From the NCBI GenBank assembly GCA_045656965.1, contig JAZOSE010000097.1, positions 1 through 36,747 of the forward strand: a stretch of DNA of 36,747 nt. Reading direction: 5' to 3'. Position 1 is the first letter of the stretch; each line of letters opens with the position of its first letter. Below, piece by piece: positions 26,472-34,447 of this stretch. The notes beneath the pieces were generated by a model. That model was given only the letters and a program-made list of their open reading frames with translations. It made no database searches and had not been told where the DNA came from. The DNA comes from Eubacteriales bacterium (GTDB taxonomy: Bacteria > Bacillota > Clostridia > Oscillospirales > CAG-272). The position numbers and the translations under genes were made by a program.

Positions 26472-26923
26472 AAGGCTCTCCTTTTACACCAAAAATACTG
26501 AAACGGAAGCGCGCAAAGAAGTCCGAAAAGAAAGCCGCCAAGATCGATCAGCACGTCGGTAAAGAGCGGCACTCTGCCGGGAGAAAAAAACTGCAAAATC
26601 TCGTCGGCACTCGCGATCAGAAGTCCAAAGGGCAAAAGGGCAAAATACTCCCTTCTCTTCCCCTTTAAGAAAACGCGTGGGAAGAAAAGGGAAAGAAAGC
26701 CGAGGAGCGCGTACTCGGCAAAATGCGCCACCTTGCGAAGAAGGGCGTGCGTAAAAAACGGCAGAAAGCCGAAAAGTCGGGAAAGAAAGGAAAAGGCAAT
26801 GCCGCTGTTTTCTGCCGAAGCGGCGGCAGAGGTGAGGGAATTTAAGAAAATAAACACAACTGACGAAAAAAGCAAAAATGCAAGCGTCAAACGCGAAGAG
26901 AGCAAGGCGCTTTTCTTTATCAT
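26468..26923 (-). CDS. VanZ family protein
   Basis: RKVAHFAEY, DEILQFFSPGR, DVLID. Confidence 0.88.
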   Translation of the reverse strand: MIKKSALLSSRLTLAFLLFSSVVFIFLNSLTSAAASAENSGIAFSFLSRLFGFLPFFTHALLRKVAHFAEYALLGFLSLFFPRVFLKGKRREYFALLPFGLLIASADEILQFFSPGRVPLFTDVLIDLGGFLFGLLCALPFQYFWCKRRAL

Positions 26924-26964
26924 TAGTATTCCCTCCTTTTTGTAAAAATAACTTTTGTGGCAAA

Positions 26965-26990
26965 ATGGGCTACTCGCTTGAGTAGCCCAT
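26965..26990 (-). terminator. Hairpin/terminator between capD-like and vanZ-like genes
   Basis: atgggctactc-gctt-gagtagcccat perfect 11-bp stem. Confidence 0.6.
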
Positions 26991-26994
26991 AAGA

Positions 26995-28860
26995 TTATTT
27001 GGTGAGGACAACGCCCTTGCCGTCCTTATCGACGGTATAGGTGGGAACTAAGTCGTGAACCAGCTCCTTCATTTCCTCGGTTTCATTATATGCCGCCGCC
27101 TTTAAGGCGTCAAGCTTTGCGAAAAAGGCTTCCTCGTCAATATCGAGAGGCTTGCCGATGCTGATAGACTCGTTGGCGGTTTTTTGCATTCCCTCCTCGT
27201 CCATCAGGCGCTCCTCGTAGAGCTTTTCGCCGGGACGAAGACCCGTACAAACGATGTCAATATCCACAAAGGGCTCGTAGCCGCTAAGACGGATCAGGTT
27301 TTCGGCAAGGTCGTAGATACGCACCTGCTCACCCATATCGAGAACGTAGATCTCGCCGCCCCTCGCGTACGCGCCTGCTTGAAGCACGAGGCTGACCGCT
27401 TCGGGAATGGTCATAAAGTAGCGAATGATGTCCTTATGCGTGACGGTAATAGGACCGCCCTCGGCGATCTGGCGCTTGAAAAGCGGGATCACGCTTCCGT
27501 TAGAGCCAAGCACGTTACCAAAACGAACGGCAACGAAGTTGGTTCTTGAATGGCGACCGATCGTTTGAATGATCATTTCGCAAATACGCTTGGTGGCTCC
27601 CATTACGTTGGTCGGGTTGACCGCCTTGTCGGTGGATATTTGCACGAAGCGAAGAACGCCGTGTCTATCCGCCGCGCGTGCGACGTTAAGCGTACCGAAT
27701 ACGTTATTTTTCACCGCCTCACAGGGGCTCGTTTCCATCAAGGGAACGTGCTTGTGCGCCGCGGCGTTGAATACGATCGTCGGCTTGTATTTTGCAAAAA
27801 CGGACTCGATCTTTCCCTCGTCGCGAACGCTTCCGATGAGGGCGAGAAGGTTAAGTGCGGGATATTTTCTTCTTAGCTCCTGCTCGATGTCGTAAGCGTT
27901 GTTTTCGTAAATATCGAAAATGATGAGCTGACGGGGGCGCTTGGTGGCGATCTGACGGCAAAGCTCGCTTCCGATGGAGCCGCCGCCACCCGTAACGAGA
28001 ACGATCTCGTCCTCAAGATAGTCCATGATCTCGTCAAGATTGACCTTGATCTGCTCTCTGCCAAGAAGGTCGGCAACCTCTACGTCGCGCATTTTGCTGA
28101 CCGAAACGGTACCGGCGGCAAGCTGGTAAAGACCCGGAAGCTTTTGTACGGGCACGCCTGCCTTCTGGCATTTTTTAAGAACCTCGCTGATGGTCTTGGG
28201 TGACGCAGAGGGCATCGTGACGAAAATGCGCGTGGCGTTATACTTTTTCACAACGTCGACAACGTCATTGACCGTGCCGACGACCTTAACGCCCGACACC
28301 GTTAGGTTTTGCTTCATCGGGTCGTCGTCAACAGCGGCAACGGGGACGATAGCAACCTTGTTGGTGCCTTGCAGCTCACGAATGATCGCTGTGCCCGCAT
28401 ATCCCGCGCCGACGATAACGGCACGCTCCTTGGCATTCATATGCAAATAGTGACGGGAGAGCGCTATACGAAGGCGGAAGGCTAAGCGCAGGGCGCAGAC
28501 ACCGCAAAAGAAGAACACGGTGAAAAGGAATCCGTGGAAGAAATCCACGAAGCTATCCGTCAGCGCTATGACACATTCAAGAGCAAAGATAAAGACAAAA
28601 GAAAGTCCAAGCCTCACCATATCCACGACACCGAAGGTGCGGTACGCAATTCGGTAGAAGCCAAACGCCAAGAACGCCGCGGCGGCGATGATGGCGTGCA
28701 AGACCGTCCAAACGAAGATACGGCTCTCGTGTCCCCAAAGACCTCCCTCTCTTACAATATAGACGGAAAGCAAGGAGGCAATCACGAGCACGGCGAGGTC
28801 TAAGGCGATTTTAAGAGCCCAGCTGATCAGTCGAATATGCTTAAACTTTTTTTGCATCAT
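26995..28860 (-). CDS. CapD/PglF-like membrane UDP-GlcNAc 4,6-dehydratase (polysaccharide biosynthesis protein)
   Basis: N-terminal TMs, GAGYAG, DLLGRE, TGGGGSIGSE, AAAHKHVP, STDKA, MGATK, LRPGEKLYE. Confidence 0.9.
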   Translation of the reverse strand: MMQKKFKHIRLISWALKIALDLAVLVIASLLSVYIVREGGLWGHESRIFVWTVLHAIIAAAAFLAFGFYRIAYRTFGVVDMVRLGLSFVFIFALECVIALTDSFVDFFHGFLFTVFFFCGVCALRLAFRLRIALSRHYLHMNAKERAVIVGAGYAGTAIIRELQGTNKVAIVPVAAVDDDPMKQNLTVSGVKVVGTVNDVVDVVKKYNATRIFVTMPSASPKTISEVLKKCQKAGVPVQKLPGLYQLAAGTVSVSKMRDVEVADLLGREQIKVNLDEIMDYLEDEIVLVTGGGGSIGSELCRQIATKRPRQLIIFDIYENNAYDIEQELRRKYPALNLLALIGSVRDEGKIESVFAKYKPTIVFNAAAHKHVPLMETSPCEAVKNNVFGTLNVARAADRHGVLRFVQISTDKAVNPTNVMGATKRICEMIIQTIGRHSRTNFVAVRFGNVLGSNGSVIPLFKRQIAEGGPITVTHKDIIRYFMTIPEAVSLVLQAGAYARGGEIYVLDMGEQVRIYDLAENLIRLSGYEPFVDIDIVCTGLRPGEKLYEERLMDEEGMQKTANESISIGKPLDIDEEAFFAKLDALKAAAYNETEEMKELVHDLVPTYTVDKDGKGVVLTK

Positions 28861-28908
28861 TACAAAATCCTTTATATCTCTTCTTTTTTGGGGGGAGAAA
28901 CGCGAGGA

Positions 28909-30567
28909 TTATTTTGCGGCTTTGGGAAAGGAATCCTTGAGCCCTACGATACGGTTGTAGGTGCCCTCGTGCTTGGTGTCCTTGATGAAGTAGCCCGTGC
29001 GGACGAACTGGAAGCGCTCACCGTTTTCGGCACCGCTTAAAGCCGCCTCGAGCTTTGCGTGCTCGATCGTTTCGACCGAAGCAAGATTTAAATAGTCGCC
29101 GTAGGTCTTGCCCTCGGGCATTTCGGCAACGTTCTCAAGCGTAAAGAGGTTGTCGTAGAGCTTCACGGTAGCATCCTCGGCGTGAGCGCGGGAGAGCCAG
29201 TGGATCGTTCCCTTGATCTTTCTGCCGTCGATGGGATTTCCGTTTCTCGTTTCCAAGTCAGCGGTGCAACGGATCTCTACGATATTGCCCTGTTCATCCT
29301 TAACAAGCTCCTCAAAGCGAATGATATACGCACCCATAAGGCGAACCTCTCCGCCGGGCTTCAAACGGAAGAACTTCGGAGGGGGTACCTCGGCGAAGTC
29401 GTCGGCATCAATATAAAGCTCGCGCGTAAAGGGCACGCTTCTCGTTCCCATTTCGGGGTGCTGGGGATGGTTGGGAAGATCAAAATACTCAACCTTGTCC
29501 TCAGGGTAGTTGGTAACGGTCACACGGATGGGGTGAAGCACAGCGATACGGCGCGGTGCGCTCTCGTTAAGCTCCTCACGGATGCAGTGCTCAAGAAGCT
29601 CGATGTCCACAACGCTGTACGCCTTGGCGATGCCCGCGCGGGAAACGAAATCAAAGATAGACGCGGGCGTGTAGCCGCGGCGGCGCAGACCGCAAAGGGT
29701 GGGCATACGAGGATCGTCCCATCCGTCGACAAGACCCGTTTCCACAAGGTTACGGAGGTAACGCTTGCTCATTACGGTGTGGGTGACGTTGAGGCGCGCA
29801 AACTCACGCTGCTTGGGGCGCTTCTCGAAGCCGATATTCTCAATAACCCAGTCGTAAAGCGGACGGTGGTTTTCAAACTCGATCGAGCAAAGCGAATGGG
29901 TGATGCCCTCAAGAGCATCCTGAATCGGGTGCGCGTAGTCGTAAAGGGGATAGATGCACCACTTATTTCCCTGACGGTGATGGTCGGTGTGAAGGATACG
30001 GTAAATGGCGGGGTCGCGCATATTCATATTGGGCGATGCCATATCGATCTTCGCGCGAAGGGTCTTTGCTCCGTCGGGGAATTCGCCGTTCTTCATACGC
30101 TCGAAGAGGTCAAGGTTCTCTTCTACCGTTCTCTCGCGATAAGGGCTATTCTTTCCGGGCTCGGTAAGCGTGCCGCGGTATTCGCGCAGCTCGTCTGCCG
30201 AAAGATCGCAAACGTACGCCTTGCCGTCCTTGATGAGCTTGACGGCGAACTCGTAGCACTTATCAAAATAGTCCGAGCCGTAGAAAATACCGCCCGTGGG
30301 TGCGGCACCGGGCCAAGTTAAGTCTTCAAGAATAGTCTCAACGAACTCGTTGTCCTCCTTGGAGGGGTTGGTATCGTCATAGCGAAGGTTGAAAAGACCG
30401 CCGTACTTTTTCGCGGTTGCGGCGTTGATCCAGATCGCCTTAGCGCTACCGATATGCAGGTAGCCATTGGGCTCGGGGGGGAAACGCGTGTGGATCTTCA
30501 GCTCGGGATTTGCCGAAAGGTCGGCGTCGATCTCGTCGTGAATAAAATTGGATTTGATCTCTTCCAT
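28909..30567 (-). CDS. glnS: Glutamine--tRNA ligase
   Basis: TRFPPEPNGYLHIGS, YPLYDYAH, MSKR, GWDDPRMPT, FQFVRTGYF. Confidence 0.95.
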   Translation of the reverse strand: MEEIKSNFIHDEIDADLSANPELKIHTRFPPEPNGYLHIGSAKAIWINAATAKKYGGLFNLRYDDTNPSKEDNEFVETILEDLTWPGAAPTGGIFYGSDYFDKCYEFAVKLIKDGKAYVCDLSADELREYRGTLTEPGKNSPYRERTVEENLDLFERMKNGEFPDGAKTLRAKIDMASPNMNMRDPAIYRILHTDHHRQGNKWCIYPLYDYAHPIQDALEGITHSLCSIEFENHRPLYDWVIENIGFEKRPKQREFARLNVTHTVMSKRYLRNLVETGLVDGWDDPRMPTLCGLRRRGYTPASIFDFVSRAGIAKAYSVVDIELLEHCIREELNESAPRRIAVLHPIRVTVTNYPEDKVEYFDLPNHPQHPEMGTRSVPFTRELYIDADDFAEVPPPKFFRLKPGGEVRLMGAYIIRFEELVKDEQGNIVEIRCTADLETRNGNPIDGRKIKGTIHWLSRAHAEDATVKLYDNLFTLENVAEMPEGKTYGDYLNLASVETIEHAKLEAALSGAENGERFQFVRTGYFIKDTKHEGTYNRIVGLKDSFPKAAK

Positions 30568-30610
30568 AACAGTTTTTTATAGTCCTTTCTGCCGCGTGGG
30601 GCATACGAGT

Positions 30611-31231
30611 TTAAACGTGGTGAAGGGGGCGCTCATCCTTCAGCGTGGAGGGCGAGCCGTGACCGGGATAAATGCGATAGGACGGGGGAAACTCCGTAAA
30701 AATTCGGTGCAGGCTTCGGGCAAGATGCTGTGCGGAGCCGCTCGGAAGATCGTATCTTCCGTATCCGCCGTAGGCAAATACGGTGTCGCCCGTGAAAAGC
30801 ACACCGTCGCCTTCAAAAATAAGCGAGCCCGCCGTGTGCCCCGGCACCTTGTAGACGCGGAGCTTTTCTTTTCCGAAGGAGATCTCCTCCCCCTCCTCTA
30901 ATATGCGCTCAGCGTCGGCGTGGACCTTGTCCTCACCGAAAAACATACGGTAGCAGCTAAGCTCGGGATTTCCAAGCATTGAGGCGTCCTCCCGCGAGAT
31001 GCATACGGGCGCGCCCGTTTTTTCCCGCCATTCGTCAAGAAAGAGGATGTGGTCAAAGTGACCGTGCGTTAAAAGAATGGCAGAGATCTTGGGCATCGTG
31101 CCGCCGACAGAGGCGATCGCGCGAGCATAGGAAACGGAGGGGTCGATCAAAACGGCGTTTTCGTTTCCGTCGTCAGAGACGAGGTAGCACATACTACCGT
31201 ATCCGCCGTCATAAAGGCTATAAATCCTCAT
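30611..31231 (-). CDS. MBL-fold metallo-hydrolase (glyoxalase II-like)
   Basis: THGHFDH, PGHTAGS, FTGD, YPGHG; RBS GGAGG before ATG 31231. Confidence 0.9.
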   Translation of the reverse strand: MRIYSLYDGGYGSMCYLVSDDGNENAVLIDPSVSYARAIASVGGTMPKISAILLTHGHFDHILFLDEWREKTGAPVCISREDASMLGNPELSCYRMFFGEDKVHADAERILEEGEEISFGKEKLRVYKVPGHTAGSLIFEGDGVLFTGDTVFAYGGYGRYDLPSGSAQHLARSLHRIFTEFPPSYRIYPGHGSPSTLKDERPLHHV

Positions 31232-31261
31232 ACGTCCTCCCATCTCTCGCTTTATTTAAAT

Positions 31262-31290
31262 ATTTTATCATATTTTTTTCTCATTGTCTA
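31262..31290 (-). promoter_or_regulatory. sigmaA promoter of MBL-glnS operon
   Basis: minus strand TAGACA-17 bp-TAAAAT with TG extension. Confidence 0.65.
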
Positions 31291-31450
31291 TACTTTTAGC
31301 ACATTTTATAATAAATTTATAATAATTATATGCAAAATACGCCTCCGTTTCCCGAGGCGCATTCCCTTTTCGGTGCATAGAATGATAGTGTATCCTAAGG
31401 GATGCCGCGGCAAAAAGCCGCGCTAAACTACACGAAAGGAGCCACGAACT

Positions 31451-31657
31451 ATGATGGAACGGCTAATAAAGATCGGCTCCGTGACGCTTGCCTCGCGCGC
31501 AAGGAGAGAGCTTTTGAAGGAATCCCTCAGCACGCGCTTGACCAAGGTAGAAACACGCCGCGAGGGCTGTATTTGGGGACTCAAGGTCAAAAGATCCGAC
31601 GTTCTTTCCGTAACGGAGGCGCTTCGCCGCCTCGGCTACTCCTATGAGCTTATCTGA
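31451..31657 (+). CDS. DUF3343-like small protein
   Basis: SVTLASRARREL...EGCIWGL pattern; overlaps desulfurase start; RBS AAAGGAG. Confidence 0.65.
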   Translation: MMERLIKIGSVTLASRARRELLKESLSTRLTKVETRREGCIWGLKVKRSDVLSVTEALRRLGYSYELI

Positions 31658-32774
31658 CCTTATATATCTGGACCACGCGGCAACCTCCTTCCCGAAGTCC
31701 GCCACCGTGAAGGACGCGATTTTTTACGCCTTGACCGAGGCGGCGGGCAACCCGGGGCGAAGCGCACACGCCCTTGCCGTGCGCGCGGCGGAGAGCGTTT
31801 ACGAGGTTCGAGAGACCCTTGCCCAATTCTTTGACGCGTCCTCTCCCGAACGCGTTGTTTTTACGTCGGGGGCAACCGCCGCGCTCAATATGGCAATCTT
31901 TTGCGCGGCGGCAAAGGGCGGTCATTTTCTTTGCTCGGACATTGAGCACAACGCCACCCTTCGCCCGTTAGAGCATTTAAGACGCGAGGGAAAGATCAGC
32001 TATGACGTTTTTCCCAGCGACAGTGTTTCGGAGACCATGCTTTCGCACTACGTGAAGAAAAACACCGTGGCTTTGGTGGCAACGCACGCCTCGAACGTGT
32101 GTGGGCGTGTTCTTCCTATTCGGGCGATCGGAGACTTCTGCCGAAAAAGAAATATTCTTTTTATTCTTGACGCTGCGCAAAGCGCGGGACATATTCCCAT
32201 TTCCGTACGGAAGGAGCGCGTGGATATTTTGTGCGCGCCCGCGCACAAGGGGCTTTTCGGTGTGCTTGGCGCGGGCTTTGCCATTTTTGAAACGGAGCGC
32301 CTTCTGCCCCCTTTTCTTCTCGGTGGGAGCGGATCGTTTTCACACGATCCCACGATGCCCGACACGCTCCCCGAAAGATATGAGGCAGGCTCGCTTCCCG
32401 TTCCCGCAATATTGGCGCTTGGGGCGGCGATAAACGAGCTTCCCGCGCCGCTCGACGCCGAGGCGCACCTTTTGGAGCTTTCCGCATATCTTTTTGAGAA
32501 GCTTTCTGCGCTTGGCGGTGTGCGCTTAACGGATGCTCTGCCGCCCAAAAACGGCGTTTTTTCCTTTACGCACGACCGACTTGCTCCCAGCGAGATCGCC
32601 GAGGCACTCAGCGATGCAGGCGTTTTCGTACGCGCGGGCTTCCACTGTGCGCCCTTAGCCCACAAAACACTCGGCACGCACGAATGCGGCACGGTGCGCG
32701 CAAGCCTCGGCATCACGAGCACAAAAAAAGACTGCGACGAATTTGTAGAACGGATTTTTCGCATTTTAAAGTAA
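31644..32774 (+). CDS. Cysteine desulfurase family PLP enzyme (aminotransferase class V)
   Basis: YLDHAATS, EHNA, DAAQ, PAHKG, RAGFHCA. Confidence 0.9.
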   Translation: MSLSDLIYLDHAATSFPKSATVKDAIFYALTEAAGNPGRSAHALAVRAAESVYEVRETLAQFFDASSPERVVFTSGATAALNMAIFCAAAKGGHFLCSDIEHNATLRPLEHLRREGKISYDVFPSDSVSETMLSHYVKKNTVALVATHASNVCGRVLPIRAIGDFCRKRNILFILDAAQSAGHIPISVRKERVDILCAPAHKGLFGVLGAGFAIFETERLLPPFLLGGSGSFSHDPTMPDTLPERYEAGSLPVPAILALGAAINELPAPLDAEAHLLELSAYLFEKLSALGGVRLTDALPPKNGVFSFTHDRLAPSEIAEALSDAGVFVRAGFHCAPLAHKTLGTHECGTVRASLGITSTKKDCDEFVERIFRILK

Positions 32775-32797
32775 TTTAAAGCAATTCAAAGTAATTT
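32768..32797 (+). repeat. Three 10-bp direct repeats upstream of the AEC promoter
   Basis: aaagtaattt aaagcaattc aaagtaattt. Confidence 0.65.
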
Positions 32798-32801
32798 GAT
32801 A

Positions 32802-32830
32802 TTGACATTTTGCAAAAGAACCGCTATAAT
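32802..32830 (+). promoter_or_regulatory. Perfect-consensus sigmaA promoter
   Basis: TTGACA-17 bp-TATAAT. Confidence 0.85.
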
Positions 32831-32859
32831 ATCTCCATATAACGAAAAAGGAAAAAACA

Positions 32860-33852
32860 ATGCAAGAGATCGTAAGCAGACTTATTTTTCAGGTTGCCAT
32901 TCTCTTTTTGATGATGGTGCCCGGCATTATCCTTAAAAAATGCCACCTTGTACCCGATAGCTTCGGCAAGGGAATTTCGGGGCTGGTATTATACATTGCA
33001 CAGCCCGCACTGATCTTCCTCGCGTATTTGAGGGGCTACTCCAAGGAGATCTTTATCAACTGCCTTTGGGTGCTTCTCTTCTCCTTCATTGCGCACGCGG
33101 TGTTTATTCTTGTGTCGCTTGTATGCTATCGCCGTGCCGATGACCGCAAGGGCAGAATGCTTCGCATGGCGACCATTTTTTCCAACGCGGCGTTCTTGGG
33201 AATTCCTCTCATCGATGCGGTGCTGGGAAACGAGGCAACGCTTTACGCCTCAATATATAACATGACCTTTAATCTTGTGCTGTGGTCACTCGGCGTCTTT
33301 ATCTGTACGGTCGGCAAGGATACGGACGGAGACGGAGAAACGGATTCCAAAAGGCAAACGGGGCGCCTTATGCTCCGCTCGCTTCGCAATGCGCTCTTTC
33401 ACCCCGTTACGATCGCGGCGGCACTTGGTCTTATCTTCTTCTTTTTGCCCATTGAAAACAAGCTCCCTGCCTTAATATTTGACAGCCTTACGATGCTCAA
33501 GGGGCTGGTTGCGCCGCTTTCTATGCTGGTGATAGGGCTTCGCCTTGCGGACACCAAATGGAAGGGCACCTTCCGCGACGGATATCTCTATCTCTTTCTC
33601 TCGCTTCGCCACCTGATCCTTCCCTTGGCGGTGCTGGGGATCATTCACCTTTTGAAGCTCATTGGCATTTCCGTCAGCGAAACGGTGGTGCTTGTTACCG
33701 TTATTATGGCGGCGGCACCCGCGGCGTCCTCGTCGTGTATGTTTGCCGAAAGGTACGACGGCGACGCACCCTACGTGAGCCGACTCGTTACGGTCTCCAC
33801 GCTTTTATCCATCTTCACGATGCCACTTTTAACAGCTCTTGCATTTTTCTAA
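32860..33852 (+). CDS. AEC (auxin efflux carrier) family transporter
   Basis: PALIF, FSNAAFLGIP, PLSMLVIG, PAAS, STLLSIFTMP; about 10 TMs. Confidence 0.9.
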   Translation: MQEIVSRLIFQVAILFLMMVPGIILKKCHLVPDSFGKGISGLVLYIAQPALIFLAYLRGYSKEIFINCLWVLLFSFIAHAVFILVSLVCYRRADDRKGRMLRMATIFSNAAFLGIPLIDAVLGNEATLYASIYNMTFNLVLWSLGVFICTVGKDTDGDGETDSKRQTGRLMLRSLRNALFHPVTIAAALGLIFFFLPIENKLPALIFDSLTMLKGLVAPLSMLVIGLRLADTKWKGTFRDGYLYLFLSLRHLILPLAVLGIIHLLKLIGISVSETVVLVTVIMAAAPAASSSCMFAERYDGDAPYVSRLVTVSTLLSIFTMPLLTALAFF

Positions 33853-33856
33853 AAGC

Positions 33857-33890
33857 AAAGTCCGAGAAGGTCACCCTTCTCGGACTTTTT
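33857..33890 (+). terminator. Terminator after AEC gene
   Basis: aaagtccgagaagg-tcac-ccttctcggacttt + T tract. Confidence 0.85.
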
Positions 33891-33911
33891 ATATTGGTTT
33901 TGCCTATGGTC

Positions 33912-33946
33912 AAAAGCTTTGAGACGCCAAGAAAAATTCCTTGGCG
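33912..33946 (-). terminator. Probable mgsA terminator
   Basis: cgccaag..cttggcg stem just after mgsA stop. Confidence 0.45.
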
Positions 33947-33959
33947 GCTTCGGATTTTT

Positions 33960-34427
33960 TCAGAGGGTTTTTGCTCTTTCGGCGACGGCGCCGCGGAAGT
34001 CGGGCAGCTCGTGCGAATAAGGGGTGTCCATATAAGGACTTGTGATGATAAAATCTGCGGTGGCGCGGTTGTTGGCAATCGGAATGTCATACACCTGTGC
34101 GATGCGAAGGAGCGCCTTGACGTCAGGGTCGTGGGGCTGTGCGGTCAAGGGGTCGGAGAAGAAGATGACAGCGTCGATCTTACCGTCGACAATGCGGGCT
34201 CCGATCTGCTGGTCACCGCCTAAAGGACCGCTGTTGAAGCCGCGAACGGGAAGCCCCGTGCGCTCAGCGACCATTTTTGCGGTCGTTCCCGTGCCGCAGA
34301 GAAAATGATGCTCAAGAACGGCTTTATTTTTTAAGCACCACTCGATCAGCTCTTGCTTTTTACCATCGTGTGCGATAAGCGCAATGTTCTTTTGCGCTTC
34401 CATTACGGATACGATATTATTACTCAT
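33960..34427 (-). CDS. mgsA: Methylglyoxal synthase
   Basis: IALIAHD, TGTT, SGPLGGDQQIG, DPLTAQPHDPDVKALLR. Confidence 0.96.
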   Translation of the reverse strand: MSNNIVSVMEAQKNIALIAHDGKKQELIEWCLKNKAVLEHHFLCGTGTTAKMVAERTGLPVRGFNSGPLGGDQQIGARIVDGKIDAVIFFSDPLTAQPHDPDVKALLRIAQVYDIPIANNRATADFIITSPYMDTPYSHELPDFRGAVAERAKTL

Positions 34428-34447
34428 TCGTTTTTCCTCTTTGTGTT

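Noticed and set aside
29182-30321. 379-aa ORF antisense to glnS
   Set aside because: Same shadow-ORF effect
28909-30567. GlnRS in a firmicute, and Pro in DLTWPG where Leu is usual
   Set aside because: GlnRS is well known in Clostridia; a single substitution may be a base-call error and cannot be judged here
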